A DNA stretch of 64,000 nucleotides from a virus. The stretch spans positions 3,926 to 67,925 of IMG/VR virus record IMGVR_UViG_3300032236_001583; one strand, given 5' to 3'. Position numbers and translations under genes: made by a program. The first letter of the stretch is position 1; every line of letters starts with the position of its first letter. Of this stretch, positions 28,521-38,737 are shown piece by piece. Under the pieces are notes generated by a model. It did not search any database, was not told where the DNA came from, and saw only the letters and a program-made list of their open reading frames with translations.

Positions 28521-30782
28521 ATGCAGAAAGGTAAAAAGTTTCTGAGTGATCTGAAATTGCATTCAGATTACTTCAAGTGGATTGAAAATGAAAGTAGGTA
28601 CGAGACATGGTCCGATGCCTGCGAGAACATAATTGACGGACATAGAAAAAAATATGTGAACTACGCAGATGCGATAGAACCATATTTACAAAGTGCTGTT
28701 GAAAGTATGAAAGATCAAGCTGTATTGGCTTCGCAAAGAAATTTGCAATACAGACATGAACAAATTATGAAGCATAATACGAGAATGTTTAACTGTACAT
28801 CAGGACACATTGCACGTAATAGAGTGTTTCAAGAAATTTTTTATCTTGCTTTATCTGGATGTGGATTTGGTGGGGGTTTATTAATTCCATTTGTTAATAA
28901 CTTAAGTAAATTAGAAAAACGTACAAAGGGTACTAAAACATTCTACATTGAAGATTCAATTGAAGGATGGGCAGATTCATTAGGCGTTTTATTATCATCT
29001 TATTTTGTTGACGATCAACCATTCCCAGAATATGCTGGATATGAAATTAAATTTGACTATTCGTATATCAGAGAAAAAGGTGCGTTTATTAGTGGTGGAT
29101 TTAAGGCTCCTGGTCCAGACGGATTGAAACAATCATTAGAAAAGATTGAAACATTAATTGAAAAATGGATAACAACTGAAGGAAATAAAATCAGACCAAT
29201 TTTAGCATTTGACATTATTTGTCATTCAGCTGATGCGGTTTTATCTGGCGGTGTTAGACGTTCGGCATTGAACATGATCGTTGATCCAAATGACGATGAA
29301 ATGATTCACGCTAAAACAGGTAACTGGAGAATGGAAAACCCACAAAGAGGTAGAAGTAACAACTCCGTTATTTTATTAAGAAGTGAAGTTAAAAAAGAAC
29401 AATTTGATTACTTAGTTAAATTAAACGATGGTGCCAACGATATTGGATTTGTATTTGCAAATAGTTGGTTTGACATGTTCAACCCATGTTTTGAGATCTT
29501 GAAAATTCCAGTATTAGATACAATTGATTTTGGTAAAATCAAATATGACGAAGTAGAACAATATGTAAAAGATAATAAAGGTAAATTTGGTATTCAAGGT
29601 TGTAACTTAACTGAGATTAATGCTGAAAAAGCAACAACTAAAGAAAAATTCTTGAAAGCATGTAAAGATGCGTCTATCTTAGGTACATTACAAGCTGGAT
29701 ATACTGATTTCCCTTATTTAGGCCCAGTTAGTAAAGCTATATTTGAGAGAGAAGCTTTATTAGGTGTTAGTATTACAGGTTGGATGAATAACCCTAAATT
29801 ATTCAATGCTGAATTATTAGAAGAAGGTGCTCAAATGGTAAAAGACACAAATAAAGAAGTTGCTGCTGTTATTGGTATTAACCAAGCTGCTAGAACTACT
29901 TGTGTTAAACCATCAGGTAATGCATCAGTTGTATTAGGAACTGCATCAGGTATTCACCCAGAGCATTCTGAAAAATACTTTCGTATTATGCAATTGAATA
30001 AAGAAAGTAACACAGCAAAATGGTTAGTTGAAAATATGCCATTCTTATTAGAAGAAAGTGTATGGAGTTCAACAAATTCTGATTATGTTGTATTTGTTCC
30101 AGTTGAAAATCCTAAAAACGGTTTATTCAAGAAAGATATGAAAGGTATCAAGCATCTTGAATTGATTAAATTAGTTCAACAACATTGGGTAAATGCTGGT
30201 ACTAATCCTGAGTTATGTGCTTACATGCCAGTTAATCATAACACATCTTGTACTGTTATTATTGATGATAAAGATGCTATCGTAGAATACATCTGGGAAC
30301 AAAGAGATTTCTTCACAGCAGTATCATTCTTAGGTGACTACGGTGATAAAGATTTCAACCAAGCACCATTTACATCAGTATTAAATTTAGAAGAAATCGT
30401 ATCTTCTTATGGTAAAGGTTCAGTATTGGCGTCTGGTTTGATTATCGATGGTTTACACTACTTTAATCAGAACTTATGGTTAGCAACTGATACTTTATTA
30501 GACGATTCAATTCCTGTTACTGGAACTAGAGAGCAAGTATTATTAAAGAAATATTGGATTTCTAGAGCTAAGAAATTCGCTAAGAATTACTTTAAGGGTG
30601 ACATGAAGAAAATGGTTTATTGCTTAAAGGATGTGCATTTATTCTATAAGTGGGAAACTATTACACGTCAATTCAAGGAAGTTGATTTTGGTTCTATCTT
30701 AAGCGCCCCAGAATATAAAGACATAAGTAACTATGCAGCTCAAGCTTGTAGCGGTGCAGCATGTGATGTAACATCAATATAA
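28521..30782 (+). CDS. nrdJ: Class II (adenosylcobalamin-dependent) ribonucleotide reductase
   Basis: FNC, GGVRRSA, NPCFE, GCNLTEIN, TCVKPSGNAS, C-terminal CSGAAC redox pair; no nrdB beta subunit nearby. Confidence 0.88.
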   Translation: MQKGKKFLSDLKLHSDYFKWIENESRYETWSDACENIIDGHRKKYVNYADAIEPYLQSAVESMKDQAVLASQRNLQYRHEQIMKHNTRMFNCTSGHIARNRVFQEIFYLALSGCGFGGGLLIPFVNNLSKLEKRTKGTKTFYIEDSIEGWADSLGVLLSSYFVDDQPFPEYAGYEIKFDYSYIREKGAFISGGFKAPGPDGLKQSLEKIETLIEKWITTEGNKIRPILAFDIICHSADAVLSGGVRRSALNMIVDPNDDEMIHAKTGNWRMENPQRGRSNNSVILLRSEVKKEQFDYLVKLNDGANDIGFVFANSWFDMFNPCFEILKIPVLDTIDFGKIKYDEVEQYVKDNKGKFGIQGCNLTEINAEKATTKEKFLKACKDASILGTLQAGYTDFPYLGPVSKAIFEREALLGVSITGWMNNPKLFNAELLEEGAQMVKDTNKEVAAVIGINQAARTTCVKPSGNASVVLGTASGIHPEHSEKYFRIMQLNKESNTAKWLVENMPFLLEESVWSSTNSDYVVFVPVENPKNGLFKKDMKGIKHLELIKLVQQHWVNAGTNPELCAYMPVNHNTSCTVIIDDKDAIVEYIWEQRDFFTAVSFLGDYGDKDFNQAPFTSVLNLEEIVSSYGKGSVLASGLIIDGLHYFNQNLWLATDTLLDDSIPVTGTREQVLLKKYWISRAKKFAKNYFKGDMKKMVYCLKDVHLFYKWETITRQFKEVDFGSILSAPEYKDISNYAAQACSGAACDVTSI

Positions 30783-30847
30783 TGGGAGACAATTTAGTAC
30801 AGAATATAATTAACGGAATCTATGGTTCAATAAAAGTAAACAGATGA
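30782..30847 (+). CDS. Possible 21-aa translational-coupling peptide
   Basis: TAATG overlap with the nrdJ stop and ATGA overlap with the next ORF; MGDNLVQNIINGIYGSIKVNR. Confidence 0.35.
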   Translation: MGDNLVQNIINGIYGSIKVNR

Positions 30848-31011
30848 TAGAAGGGGTTGATTATTATATAGACGAGGAGTCAGGACTTATGGTTCTGACT
30901 TCTCTTTTTTTATTGAAAAGAGGGTATTGTTGTTCTAATGGGTGTAAAAGCTGTCCATATGACCCGCCACGTGAAATAAAAGGAAATACTAAAGTAAAAG
31001 AAGATACATAA
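30844..31011 (+). CDS. Small Cys-rich protein (DUF5522-like)
   Basis: Not in the ORF track; MIEGVDYYIDEESGLMVLTSLFLLKRGYCCSNGCKSCPYDPP... matches the DYY...G..V.T....L.RG.CC..GC..CPY pattern. Confidence 0.8.
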   Translation: MIEGVDYYIDEESGLMVLTSLFLLKRGYCCSNGCKSCPYDPPREIKGNTKVKEDT

Positions 31012-31041
31012 CCATTTTACTTATTTTTATATTTATATCAT

Positions 31042-31494
31042 ATGGCAGTAACATATGGTATAGATTTCCCGTTTAGGGATAGTTCAGAAGGTAAGTTTTT
31101 ACAAATGACGAGTAGTCCTGAAAAGGAGATTCGCGCAGACCTTATTCATTTGTTGTTAACAAAGAAAGGAAGTAGATATTTTTTACCTGACTTTGGAACA
31201 AGATTATATCAATATATCTTTGAGCCAAATGATGCAAACACTTTTGCTTTAATTGAAGGTGAAATTAGAGACGCAGTTTCCAAATACATTCCAAATTTAA
31301 CAATAACAACAATAGAAGTTATTTCAGCTGAAGATGATCCAAATCAAGCTTATTCTATTGCTGAAAATGAAGATAATAGACTTTTCAGAGTTTCTGACAT
31401 GTCAAACAAACCATATACAGCTGTGGTTAAAATAAGTTACACAGTTAACGCAGGTGCATTTAGCACATCTGATTTTATTATACTAAACATCTAA
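31042..31494 (+). CDS. Baseplate wedge protein (gp25/GpW-like)
   Basis: GI.FPF, I..DL..LLLT.KGSR...PDFGT.L...IFEP, I..AV.KY.P signature. Confidence 0.92.
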   Translation: MAVTYGIDFPFRDSSEGKFLQMTSSPEKEIRADLIHLLLTKKGSRYFLPDFGTRLYQYIFEPNDANTFALIEGEIRDAVSKYIPNLTITTIEVISAEDDPNQAYSIAENEDNRLFRVSDMSNKPYTAVVKISYTVNAGAFSTSDFIILNI

Positions 31495-31495
31495 T

Positions 31496-33328
31496 ATGAG
31501 CAAGAAAATATCATACGCAGTAAGGGATTTTGCTAGTTTAAGAAGTGAATTAATCACACTTACATCACAATACTATCCTGATTTAATAAACAATACAAAT
31601 GACGCATCAATATTTTCAGTATTGTTGGATATGAATGCTGCTGTTGCCGATAACTTGCATTTTCATATTGACAGAGTTTGGCAAGAAACAATGTTAGATT
31701 TTGCACAGCAAAGACAATCTTTATATCACATTGCAAAAACATATGGTATTAAAATCCCAGGTAATAAACCATCAGTAGCGCTATGTGATTTTTCAATTGT
31801 TGTTCCAGTAAGAGGTGATAAGGAAGATGAAAGATATCTTGGTTTATTAAAATCAGGTGCTCAAATATCAGGTGGCGGACAACAATTTGAGACAATGGAT
31901 GATATTGATTTCTCAGACCCATTTAATAGTGCAGGACAACCAAATAGACTTAAGATACCTAATTTCAACGCTAATAATGATTTACAATCATACACAATAA
32001 CTAAAAGAGAAGCTGTTGTAAATGGTGTTACAAGAGTATATAGAAGAGCTATTACAGATTTAGACCAAAGACCTTTCTTGAAAATTTATTTACCAGATCA
32101 AAATATATTAGGTGTAACATCGGTTATACATAAAGAAGGGACAACATTTGGCGCAAACCCAACATCTGCAGAATTTTCTTCATCAACAAACAAATGGTAT
32201 GAAGTTAAATCAATGATTCAAGATAAAGTTTTTGTTCCAGATCCAACTGGCGTATCAGATAGTCATAATTTTAGAGCTGGAACATATATTACAGTTGATA
32301 ATAAATTTGTAACTGAACATACACCAAATGATTATTTTTCATTAACATTTGGTTCAGGTAATGTAAATCCATTAGATAATTTGGATAATTACATGAATGG
32401 CGCAATGAAAGTAAATTTAGCAACTTTCTTAAATAACACATCATTAGGTGCTATTCCTAAAGCTGGAACAACCTTATTTGTAAAGTATAGAATTGGTGGT
32501 GGTAAAGACTCAAATTTAGGTGTAAATGTTATTAATAGTGTTGACAACGTTGAATTTGATGTTAATGGACCTAGAGATGATTATAACCAACAAGTTATTA
32601 ATTCATTACAAGTTACAAATGTTACCCCTGCAGTTGGTGGTGCAGATCAACCAACAATAGAAGAATTAAGAAATATGATTTCTTATAATTTCTCAGCACA
32701 AGACAGAGCAGTTACATTAAATGATTATAGATCTCTTATTGAGACAATGCCTGCACAATATGGCGCGCCAGCTAAGGTTAGTGTATTAGAAGAAGATAAT
32801 AAAATTAAAATTAAATTATTATCTTATGACACAAATGGTAATTTAACTGACACTGTGTCAAATACATTGAAAAATAATATTTTAGAATATCTTTCTGATT
32901 ACAGAATGATTAATGACTATATTGATATTATATCTGGTGAAGTTATTGATTTATCATTAGACATTAGTGTTACAATAGACAAAAATGAAAATCCAACAGA
33001 TGTAATGAGATCAATTATAAGTGGTGCAACAACATATTTTGATACCTCAAGTAGAAAAATGGGTGACCCATTATTTGTTGGTGATTTCCAAAGAATGGTT
33101 GGTCAGATAAATGGTGTTGTGAATGTAACAGAAATTAAAGTTTACAACCAAATTGGTGGACAATACTCATCATCTGAGGTTGCGCAGAACTATGTTGATC
33201 CTGTTACAATGGAAATACAACAAATTGATTCAACAATATTCATGTTGAAAAATCAAATTTATCAAGTTAGATTCCCAAGTAGTGATATCCGTGTAAGATT
33301 CAAGACATTAACAACGACTACATACTAA
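31496..33328 (+). CDS. Baseplate wedge protein (gp6 / baseplate J-like)
   Basis: RDF..LR..L, L.F.ID....E..LD.A, A...G.K, YRIGGG..SN, AVGGAD....EELR, AQ.RAVT..DY motifs. Confidence 0.92.
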   Translation: MSKKISYAVRDFASLRSELITLTSQYYPDLINNTNDASIFSVLLDMNAAVADNLHFHIDRVWQETMLDFAQQRQSLYHIAKTYGIKIPGNKPSVALCDFSIVVPVRGDKEDERYLGLLKSGAQISGGGQQFETMDDIDFSDPFNSAGQPNRLKIPNFNANNDLQSYTITKREAVVNGVTRVYRRAITDLDQRPFLKIYLPDQNILGVTSVIHKEGTTFGANPTSAEFSSSTNKWYEVKSMIQDKVFVPDPTGVSDSHNFRAGTYITVDNKFVTEHTPNDYFSLTFGSGNVNPLDNLDNYMNGAMKVNLATFLNNTSLGAIPKAGTTLFVKYRIGGGKDSNLGVNVINSVDNVEFDVNGPRDDYNQQVINSLQVTNVTPAVGGADQPTIEELRNMISYNFSAQDRAVTLNDYRSLIETMPAQYGAPAKVSVLEEDNKIKIKLLSYDTNGNLTDTVSNTLKNNILEYLSDYRMINDYIDIISGEVIDLSLDISVTIDKNENPTDVMRSIISGATTYFDTSSRKMGDPLFVGDFQRMVGQINGVVNVTEIKVYNQIGGQYSSSEVAQNYVDPVTMEIQQIDSTIFMLKNQIYQVRFPSSDIRVRFKTLTTTTY

Positions 33329-33380
33329 AAAGATTTTTAGTTATAATAGTAGAAAATTGGGTTTTTTCTATTTATAGTTA

Positions 33381-36300
33381 ATGGCACAGCAACACAGAAT
33401 TCGTAGAATTAATACAGAAGTTGGTAAAGACAAAAAGGTAACTGTTGAACTTAACCAGGACTTTGATTTAATGGAGATTTTATCCCTTAAATTTAGTCAA
33501 GTTCAAGCGTATACATCATTTTGTTCTGACTATGGTGTTGTATGTGGTAGAATATCCGTAAATAACGGTTTAGGTATACCAAATGCAAGAGTTTCCATAT
33601 TTGTACCATTAAAGGATAAGCACGTAGATGACCCCGTTATTTCGGCTTTATATCCTTATACACAGGTAACAGATAAAGATCAAAACAATTATCGTTACAA
33701 TTTACTTCCAGCTAGACAACAACATGGTGGTCATACACCAACTGGTACATTTCCAGATCAATTAGATATATTAAATAATGAGGCTATTTTAGAGGTTTAT
33801 GAAAATTATTATTCATTTACTGTTAAAACAAATAGCTCAGGTGACTTTATGATTTGGGGTGTTCCATTAGGTACTCAAACATTACATGTCGACGCTGATT
33901 TATCAGATATTGGTTGTTTTTCACTTAGACCTTATGATTTTATAAGACAAGGTAAGGGTGTAGATAGTTTCAAGAACAAATACACATTTAAGGCATCTGA
34001 AGATTTAAGTTCACTACCACAAATTGTATCGTTTGATAAAACCATTGAAGTTTATCCATTTTGGGGAAATGAAGATTTTTGTGAAATAGGAATTAGTAGA
34101 GCAGATTTTGATTTATCTGAAAAAGGGGTTAAAATACAACCAAAAGCATTTTTATTAGGTGGTGTTTTCACTGATGTAGAAAAAAATTCAGTTAATAAAA
34201 ATTGTACACCACGTCAAAAAATGGGACGTAAATGTGATATGAAAACTAAATCTGCAAAGATTGAAGCTTTACGTTACACACCACAAAAAGATACAAATAA
34301 TCGACCAATAATTGAAGAAGTTGATTTACATGAAGATGTTCCGGATGACGGTTCATTTGTTTTTCCTTTAGATATGAACATGGATTATCTTTTCACTAAT
34401 GAATTTGGTGAAAATGAAATTACAAATGATCCGAATAAAGGAGTCCCAACCTCAGCCTGTTATAGATTGAGGTTTAATATGAACGATAATGGATTGGATA
34501 GAGTAAGAGCTAATGCTGATTATTTGATTCCAAATATTAGAGAATATAATAATGATGGTGTAATTGATGATAGTTCTTATTATTTTGGTACTGAATGGAG
34601 TGGATACCCACAGAATGCTATAAGTTTAATGACCAATTTTAATAATAGTGAAGCTAGTTATGGTTATTATCCACAAGATTATTTTTATAGGTTCAATTAT
34701 AATAAAGTTTATACAGTTTCATCATTTCATAGTCATTTTATAGGTTCTAATGCCATTGGTACGGTAGGATTTGCAAATATTAATGAAGCACACCCTGCGG
34801 AAGAAGAAGATTGTGGTGATAAATTAACACCACCTACAAACTTTGGTAAAAAAAATTATACATTTACATTATTGATTGCAGATTTTTTATTGGCATTAGA
34901 TTTCGTTATTAAATTTTTAACATTACAATTTTTAAATTTTGTTGTTTTAATTTTGAATACGGTTATAGAAGTTCTGATAAGTGTGACCTCTGGAGGTCGA
35001 GGTTTGAGAGATAATTTGGATGAGTTTCAAATAAATAATACAACAAAATTAAGTTTAATTAATTATCCAGAATGTATCGAATGTTCAAGTGAAACTTCTA
35101 CTGTTGGCGGAGGAACAAACACTAATCAATTTTATACTGAGAGTGGATGTTCACTTTATGATTTATTATATGATGAAACTTTAGCTACAGGTTATTTTAT
35201 AACTGATAATACAAATACTAATCAATACACTGGTTGTAATACCTCAGACCATGGTTATGGTGGAGATATAGGGCCTTCTCGTTGGGTTCCGGCAAATATA
35301 GGGAGAAGATATGTACCTACCTTGGAAGGTCTTACTAATTATAATTTGATTTCAACAGCCATCTATGCGGATGGTACGCATAGATCTGCCGATCCTGTAA
35401 ATAAACAAAGCGGGGGAAATGCGAGTGATTTCGGTCCATTATCTACAGGAGTACGAGATATTGGTTGTCATGGTTGGGGTTACCAAGGTGGTCCTGTTAC
35501 TCCAAGTGGAAGAAGTGAATTTAGAAATGGTGTTTTTTATATAATACCTGGTACACAAACACCAGCTAAATTAACTGGTGTTTTATTTGAATGGTATAGA
35601 AGAAAACGTGTTGGTACTTTATTTTGTGGTGGAATTGTAAATTATGGATTCGTTGATAATTGGTTATCAGGTTCATTATATTTTCCACAATTAAAAATTA
35701 AAAAATTATCACGTGCAGTACAGGCAGGTGTCGATGGAATCGCTCATTATTGTAGAAATATTGCGCATCTTGTTATTGGTCAAGGTAAATTATATTATAG
35801 ATCAGCGTCATTTGACGGAACAAATTTCAATCCGAATAATCTAAATAGACCAACTACATTTGTTGATTTAGGTCCAAGAGACGAATTCATAAAAGAAATT
35901 TGTGTAGACCCAACACTAGATCCAAACTGTTCAGTTGCACGTTCTATTGGTCAAACTTCATATCACGATTTGGGTGAATTATTAGGTATGGCAATAAATT
36001 ATAGAATGGATATTGCAGGTGCAAATGGTAATATTGATATGTTTTTCCAAAATTCATCATTCTTCACGAATGAAGTGTTAGACGGAGACATTTTACAATT
36101 ACTTTCTATTAATAATGAAACAGGTATTGAAGGATTCGATTTAGAAAATCCAAAATATATTGGTTACCAATTCAATCATTTAGATCCAAAATTGAATCAA
36201 AATTTTTTCAAGGTTAATGGCGATTATGGTCCATTACCTGTAACGTTAGAATTAAATGAAGATGGATATAGAATCAGAACTTGTTTAAATGAAGGAACAC

Positions 36301-36983
36301 ATTATGATTTCAATACACCACCTAATTTAGTTGAAGGTAGATTAACAGAATCTTCACAACCAGTACCATTTTATCTTTGGGATAAAAAGGGTGAAGGATT
36401 TGGTAATTCAGGTTCCAATAAAAATAATCAAGGCTGGGATTATAGTACTGTTGAATTACAACCTTTACAAGGTATGACATATGGTTATAACATAAGTGGA
36501 ACTCCAAATAACGATAGTGATCAATATGCATTATTACCAATTACAAATACCAATAGTGGATTTACATTAGCTAATCTAAATTTAACAGATCAAGTTGAGT
36601 TTGAGACAATTTCTAATATTGATAAAACTTCTGATAGTAATTTTGAGTATCCTGGCTACACATATTTGTATGTTACTGGCGGTACAGTAAATGGTGTTAC
36701 TGGATTAATTAGTCCTAATGATAGTACACCATCAGGTGTTTTATATATTAGAGTTGGACCAAATAGTTATAATACAAGTAATGTTGTTAATGGTTGGCAA
36801 ACAATACAATGGAATAGTAATTTCGATATTATACTACCAGCGAGATATGATTACTATAATGGTAGTAAACAAATTCTTTCAACACCATTCCAATTTTATT
36901 TTGGACTGATAGCCGGCAAAACCGGGCTTGATAAATTTATTGACCTATTTGGTCCGAAGGGAGCGTTCCCACCAGTTGAATAA
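33381..36983 (+). CDS. Large virion structural protein with N-terminal carboxypeptidase-regulatory-like domain and internal hydrophobic segment
   Basis: GVVCGRI....G.GIPNARVSIF...TN.SGDFMI.GVP.G...L..D pattern; TATTTATA upstream; located in the baseplate cluster. Confidence 0.65.
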   Translation: MAQQHRIRRINTEVGKDKKVTVELNQDFDLMEILSLKFSQVQAYTSFCSDYGVVCGRISVNNGLGIPNARVSIFVPLKDKHVDDPVISALYPYTQVTDKDQNNYRYNLLPARQQHGGHTPTGTFPDQLDILNNEAILEVYENYYSFTVKTNSSGDFMIWGVPLGTQTLHVDADLSDIGCFSLRPYDFIRQGKGVDSFKNKYTFKASEDLSSLPQIVSFDKTIEVYPFWGNEDFCEIGISRADFDLSEKGVKIQPKAFLLGGVFTDVEKNSVNKNCTPRQKMGRKCDMKTKSAKIEALRYTPQKDTNNRPIIEEVDLHEDVPDDGSFVFPLDMNMDYLFTNEFGENEITNDPNKGVPTSACYRLRFNMNDNGLDRVRANADYLIPNIREYNNDGVIDDSSYYFGTEWSGYPQNAISLMTNFNNSEASYGYYPQDYFYRFNYNKVYTVSSFHSHFIGSNAIGTVGFANINEAHPAEEEDCGDKLTPPTNFGKKNYTFTLLIADFLLALDFVIKFLTLQFLNFVVLILNTVIEVLISVTSGGRGLRDNLDEFQINNTTKLSLINYPECIECSSETSTVGGGTNTNQFYTESGCSLYDLLYDETLATGYFITDNTNTNQYTGCNTSDHGYGGDIGPSRWVPANIGRRYVPTLEGLTNYNLISTAIYADGTHRSADPVNKQSGGNASDFGPLSTGVRDIGCHGWGYQGGPVTPSGRSEFRNGVFYIIPGTQTPAKLTGVLFEWYRRKRVGTLFCGGIVNYGFVDNWLSGSLYFPQLKIKKLSRAVQAGVDGIAHYCRNIAHLVIGQGKLYYRSASFDGTNFNPNNLNRPTTFVDLGPRDEFIKEICVDPTLDPNCSVARSIGQTSYHDLGELLGMAINYRMDIAGANGNIDMFFQNSSFFTNEVLDGDILQLLSINNETGIEGFDLENPKYIGYQFNHLDPKLNQNFFKVNGDYGPLPVTLELNEDGYRIRTCLNEGTHYDFNTPPNLVEGRLTESSQPVPFYLWDKKGEGFGNSGSNKNNQGWDYSTVELQPLQGMTYGYNISGTPNNDSDQYALLPITNTNSGFTLANLNLTDQVEFETISNIDKTSDSNFEYPGYTYLYVTGGTVNGVTGLISPNDSTPSGVLYIRVGPNSYNTSNVVNGWQTIQWNSNFDIILPARYDYYNGSKQILSTPFQFYFGLIAGKTGLDKFIDLFGPKGAFPPVE

Positions 36984-38737
36984 TGGAAGAGAATAAATCG
37001 ATAATATTACCAAGTAAAGAATACGCTAATGCAATATCTAAAGATCTTGATGTTAAATTAGAATTAGAATCTAGTCAAAATTTAATGCGTCTTGGTGATC
37101 GAGATATTGTATTAAATCTAAATGATTTATTTGGTTCTGAAAGAACACAAAGTATTGATTATAAAATATTTGGTAAACTAAAAATGATTTTTAGAAACAT
37201 GTACACTGGTGGTACATCTTTTAGTTATTTAGAGGAAAAATTATTTTTAATAGGTGATGGTAGTACAGGTTTTTTTGAGGGTTATCTTCCATATGATGAA
37301 TTTGCTTTTTTAAGAAGAGATGTTGTTAGACAAATTACAAGTTTTACAAATGTTAACGGTGTTTATACTGGAACAACTGTAACAACAGGTGATACTAGAT
37401 ATCAAACTGTTACACCTATTGAAGCTCCTTACCATAACTGGAATTTATATTTGACATATGCATATAGTGGTGACACTAATTACCCTATGACATACACATT
37501 AAGTGGCGGAACATATCAAAGCTTTGTAGCTTCTGATGGTATACCATTTAGAATATCTTTTACTGGTACAACATATTTGGAATTAACATCACCAGTTGAA
37601 CATGGTATGAATGCAGGTGAGTATGTATTTTTTTCAGGTATAACGACACCATTTTACATTAATTCTGTTGGTAACGAAATTTACAACTCAGAAAAATATG
37701 TTATTAATTTAGCATTAGCACAAATACCATCTGGGACGACATTTAATACTATTATGATTGGTAAAAGATGTTTAGACCTAAAAAATATTACAGGAAGTAC
37801 ATCACAATATTATGTTCACAGATTGAAGACATTAACTAGTGTTGATGATTATATTATGGATAATGTTGGATTTGAGACACCAGTATTTGTTGATGAAAAG
37901 AAAATCTTATTCCAAAATGCTGTGGGTACAAATGATGTGGTTGTTGAAAGAAATAGAATGGAATCTGTTTTATTTGATTTCAAGAAACCATTACAATTAA
38001 CTGGTTTTACCAATAATCTTGGATATACACCAACAGAAGTTTTTGTTAGTGTAATTTTTAGAAATGGTGCTGGTTATTTTGATTATCCACCAAAAGTTGG
38101 ATTTAAGTTTAATTTCCATGATAATTGGATTGATAATATTTTTACTGGTTCAACAGAAACAACATTATCAGGTACTACGTATACATTATCTGGAATAACA
38201 TTTACAAGTGGTAATACATTGCCAGTTGGTACAGAAGGATTAGTTGGTTCATTTATAGAATATAATCCACGAGAAATGAATGAAAGAATTGTGAGCGATG
38301 CATATCATAAAATCACAAATCCATTACCAATTTTCAATTACGGTCAAAATGGTAATGTTGATGGTTTTTCTGGTGCAACAAACTCAAATAGATTTGGATT
38401 ATATTATCAACCATATCATAAGGTAATGTTAAAACAATTATCACCATATGTTGAAAACTCTAAAACAGACAATCCACTTAATACTGATGTTGTAATTAAT
38501 ATGCCTGATAATGCAACTTTTGATCCAACTGAAAATGTATGGAGATGGAGAGATGTTTATGATGATGGTTATATCGACCCTGATGGTAATGGTACTAATT
38601 TTCCATTTATGAATGGTAATCATTATGTAAGATCAGATATTAACTTTTATTTAAGAAACGAAAGATATTATACAAATAAAAAAGATGGTGTTAGTGATTT
38701 CAATGCTAATGCTAAAAATAACCCAAGTGATTGTTAA
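36983..38737 (+). CDS. Virion structural protein of the baseplate region, rich in [ST]GxT
   Basis: 584-aa ORF coupled by TAATG within the late operon. Confidence 0.65.
   Translation: MEENKSIILPSKEYANAISKDLDVKLELESSQNLMRLGDRDIVLNLNDLFGSERTQSIDYKIFGKLKMIFRNMYTGGTSFSYLEEKLFLIGDGSTGFFEGYLPYDEFAFLRRDVVRQITSFTNVNGVYTGTTVTTGDTRYQTVTPIEAPYHNWNLYLTYAYSGDTNYPMTYTLSGGTYQSFVASDGIPFRISFTGTTYLELTSPVEHGMNAGEYVFFSGITTPFYINSVGNEIYNSEKYVINLALAQIPSGTTFNTIMIGKRCLDLKNITGSTSQYYVHRLKTLTSVDDYIMDNVGFETPVFVDEKKILFQNAVGTNDVVVERNRMESVLFDFKKPLQLTGFTNNLGYTPTEVFVSVIFRNGAGYFDYPPKVGFKFNFHDNWIDNIFTGSTETTLSGTTYTLSGITFTSGNTLPVGTEGLVGSFIEYNPREMNERIVSDAYHKITNPLPIFNYGQNGNVDGFSGATNSNRFGLYYQPYHKVMLKQLSPYVENSKTDNPLNTDVVINMPDNATFDPTENVWRWRDVYDDGYIDPDGNGTNFPFMNGNHYVRSDINFYLRNERYYTNKKDGVSDFNANAKNNPSDC

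Noticed and set aside
27115-30782. Inteins or introns in dnaB or nrdJ
   Set aside because: Protein lengths and motif spacing are normal, with no splice-junction or homing-endonuclease motifs seen.
4999-33328. Bacterial extracellular contractile injection system or tailocin locus
   Set aside because: Neck genes and a full phage replication set (SSB, RecA, DnaB, primase, RNR) are interleaved, so this is a phage genome.
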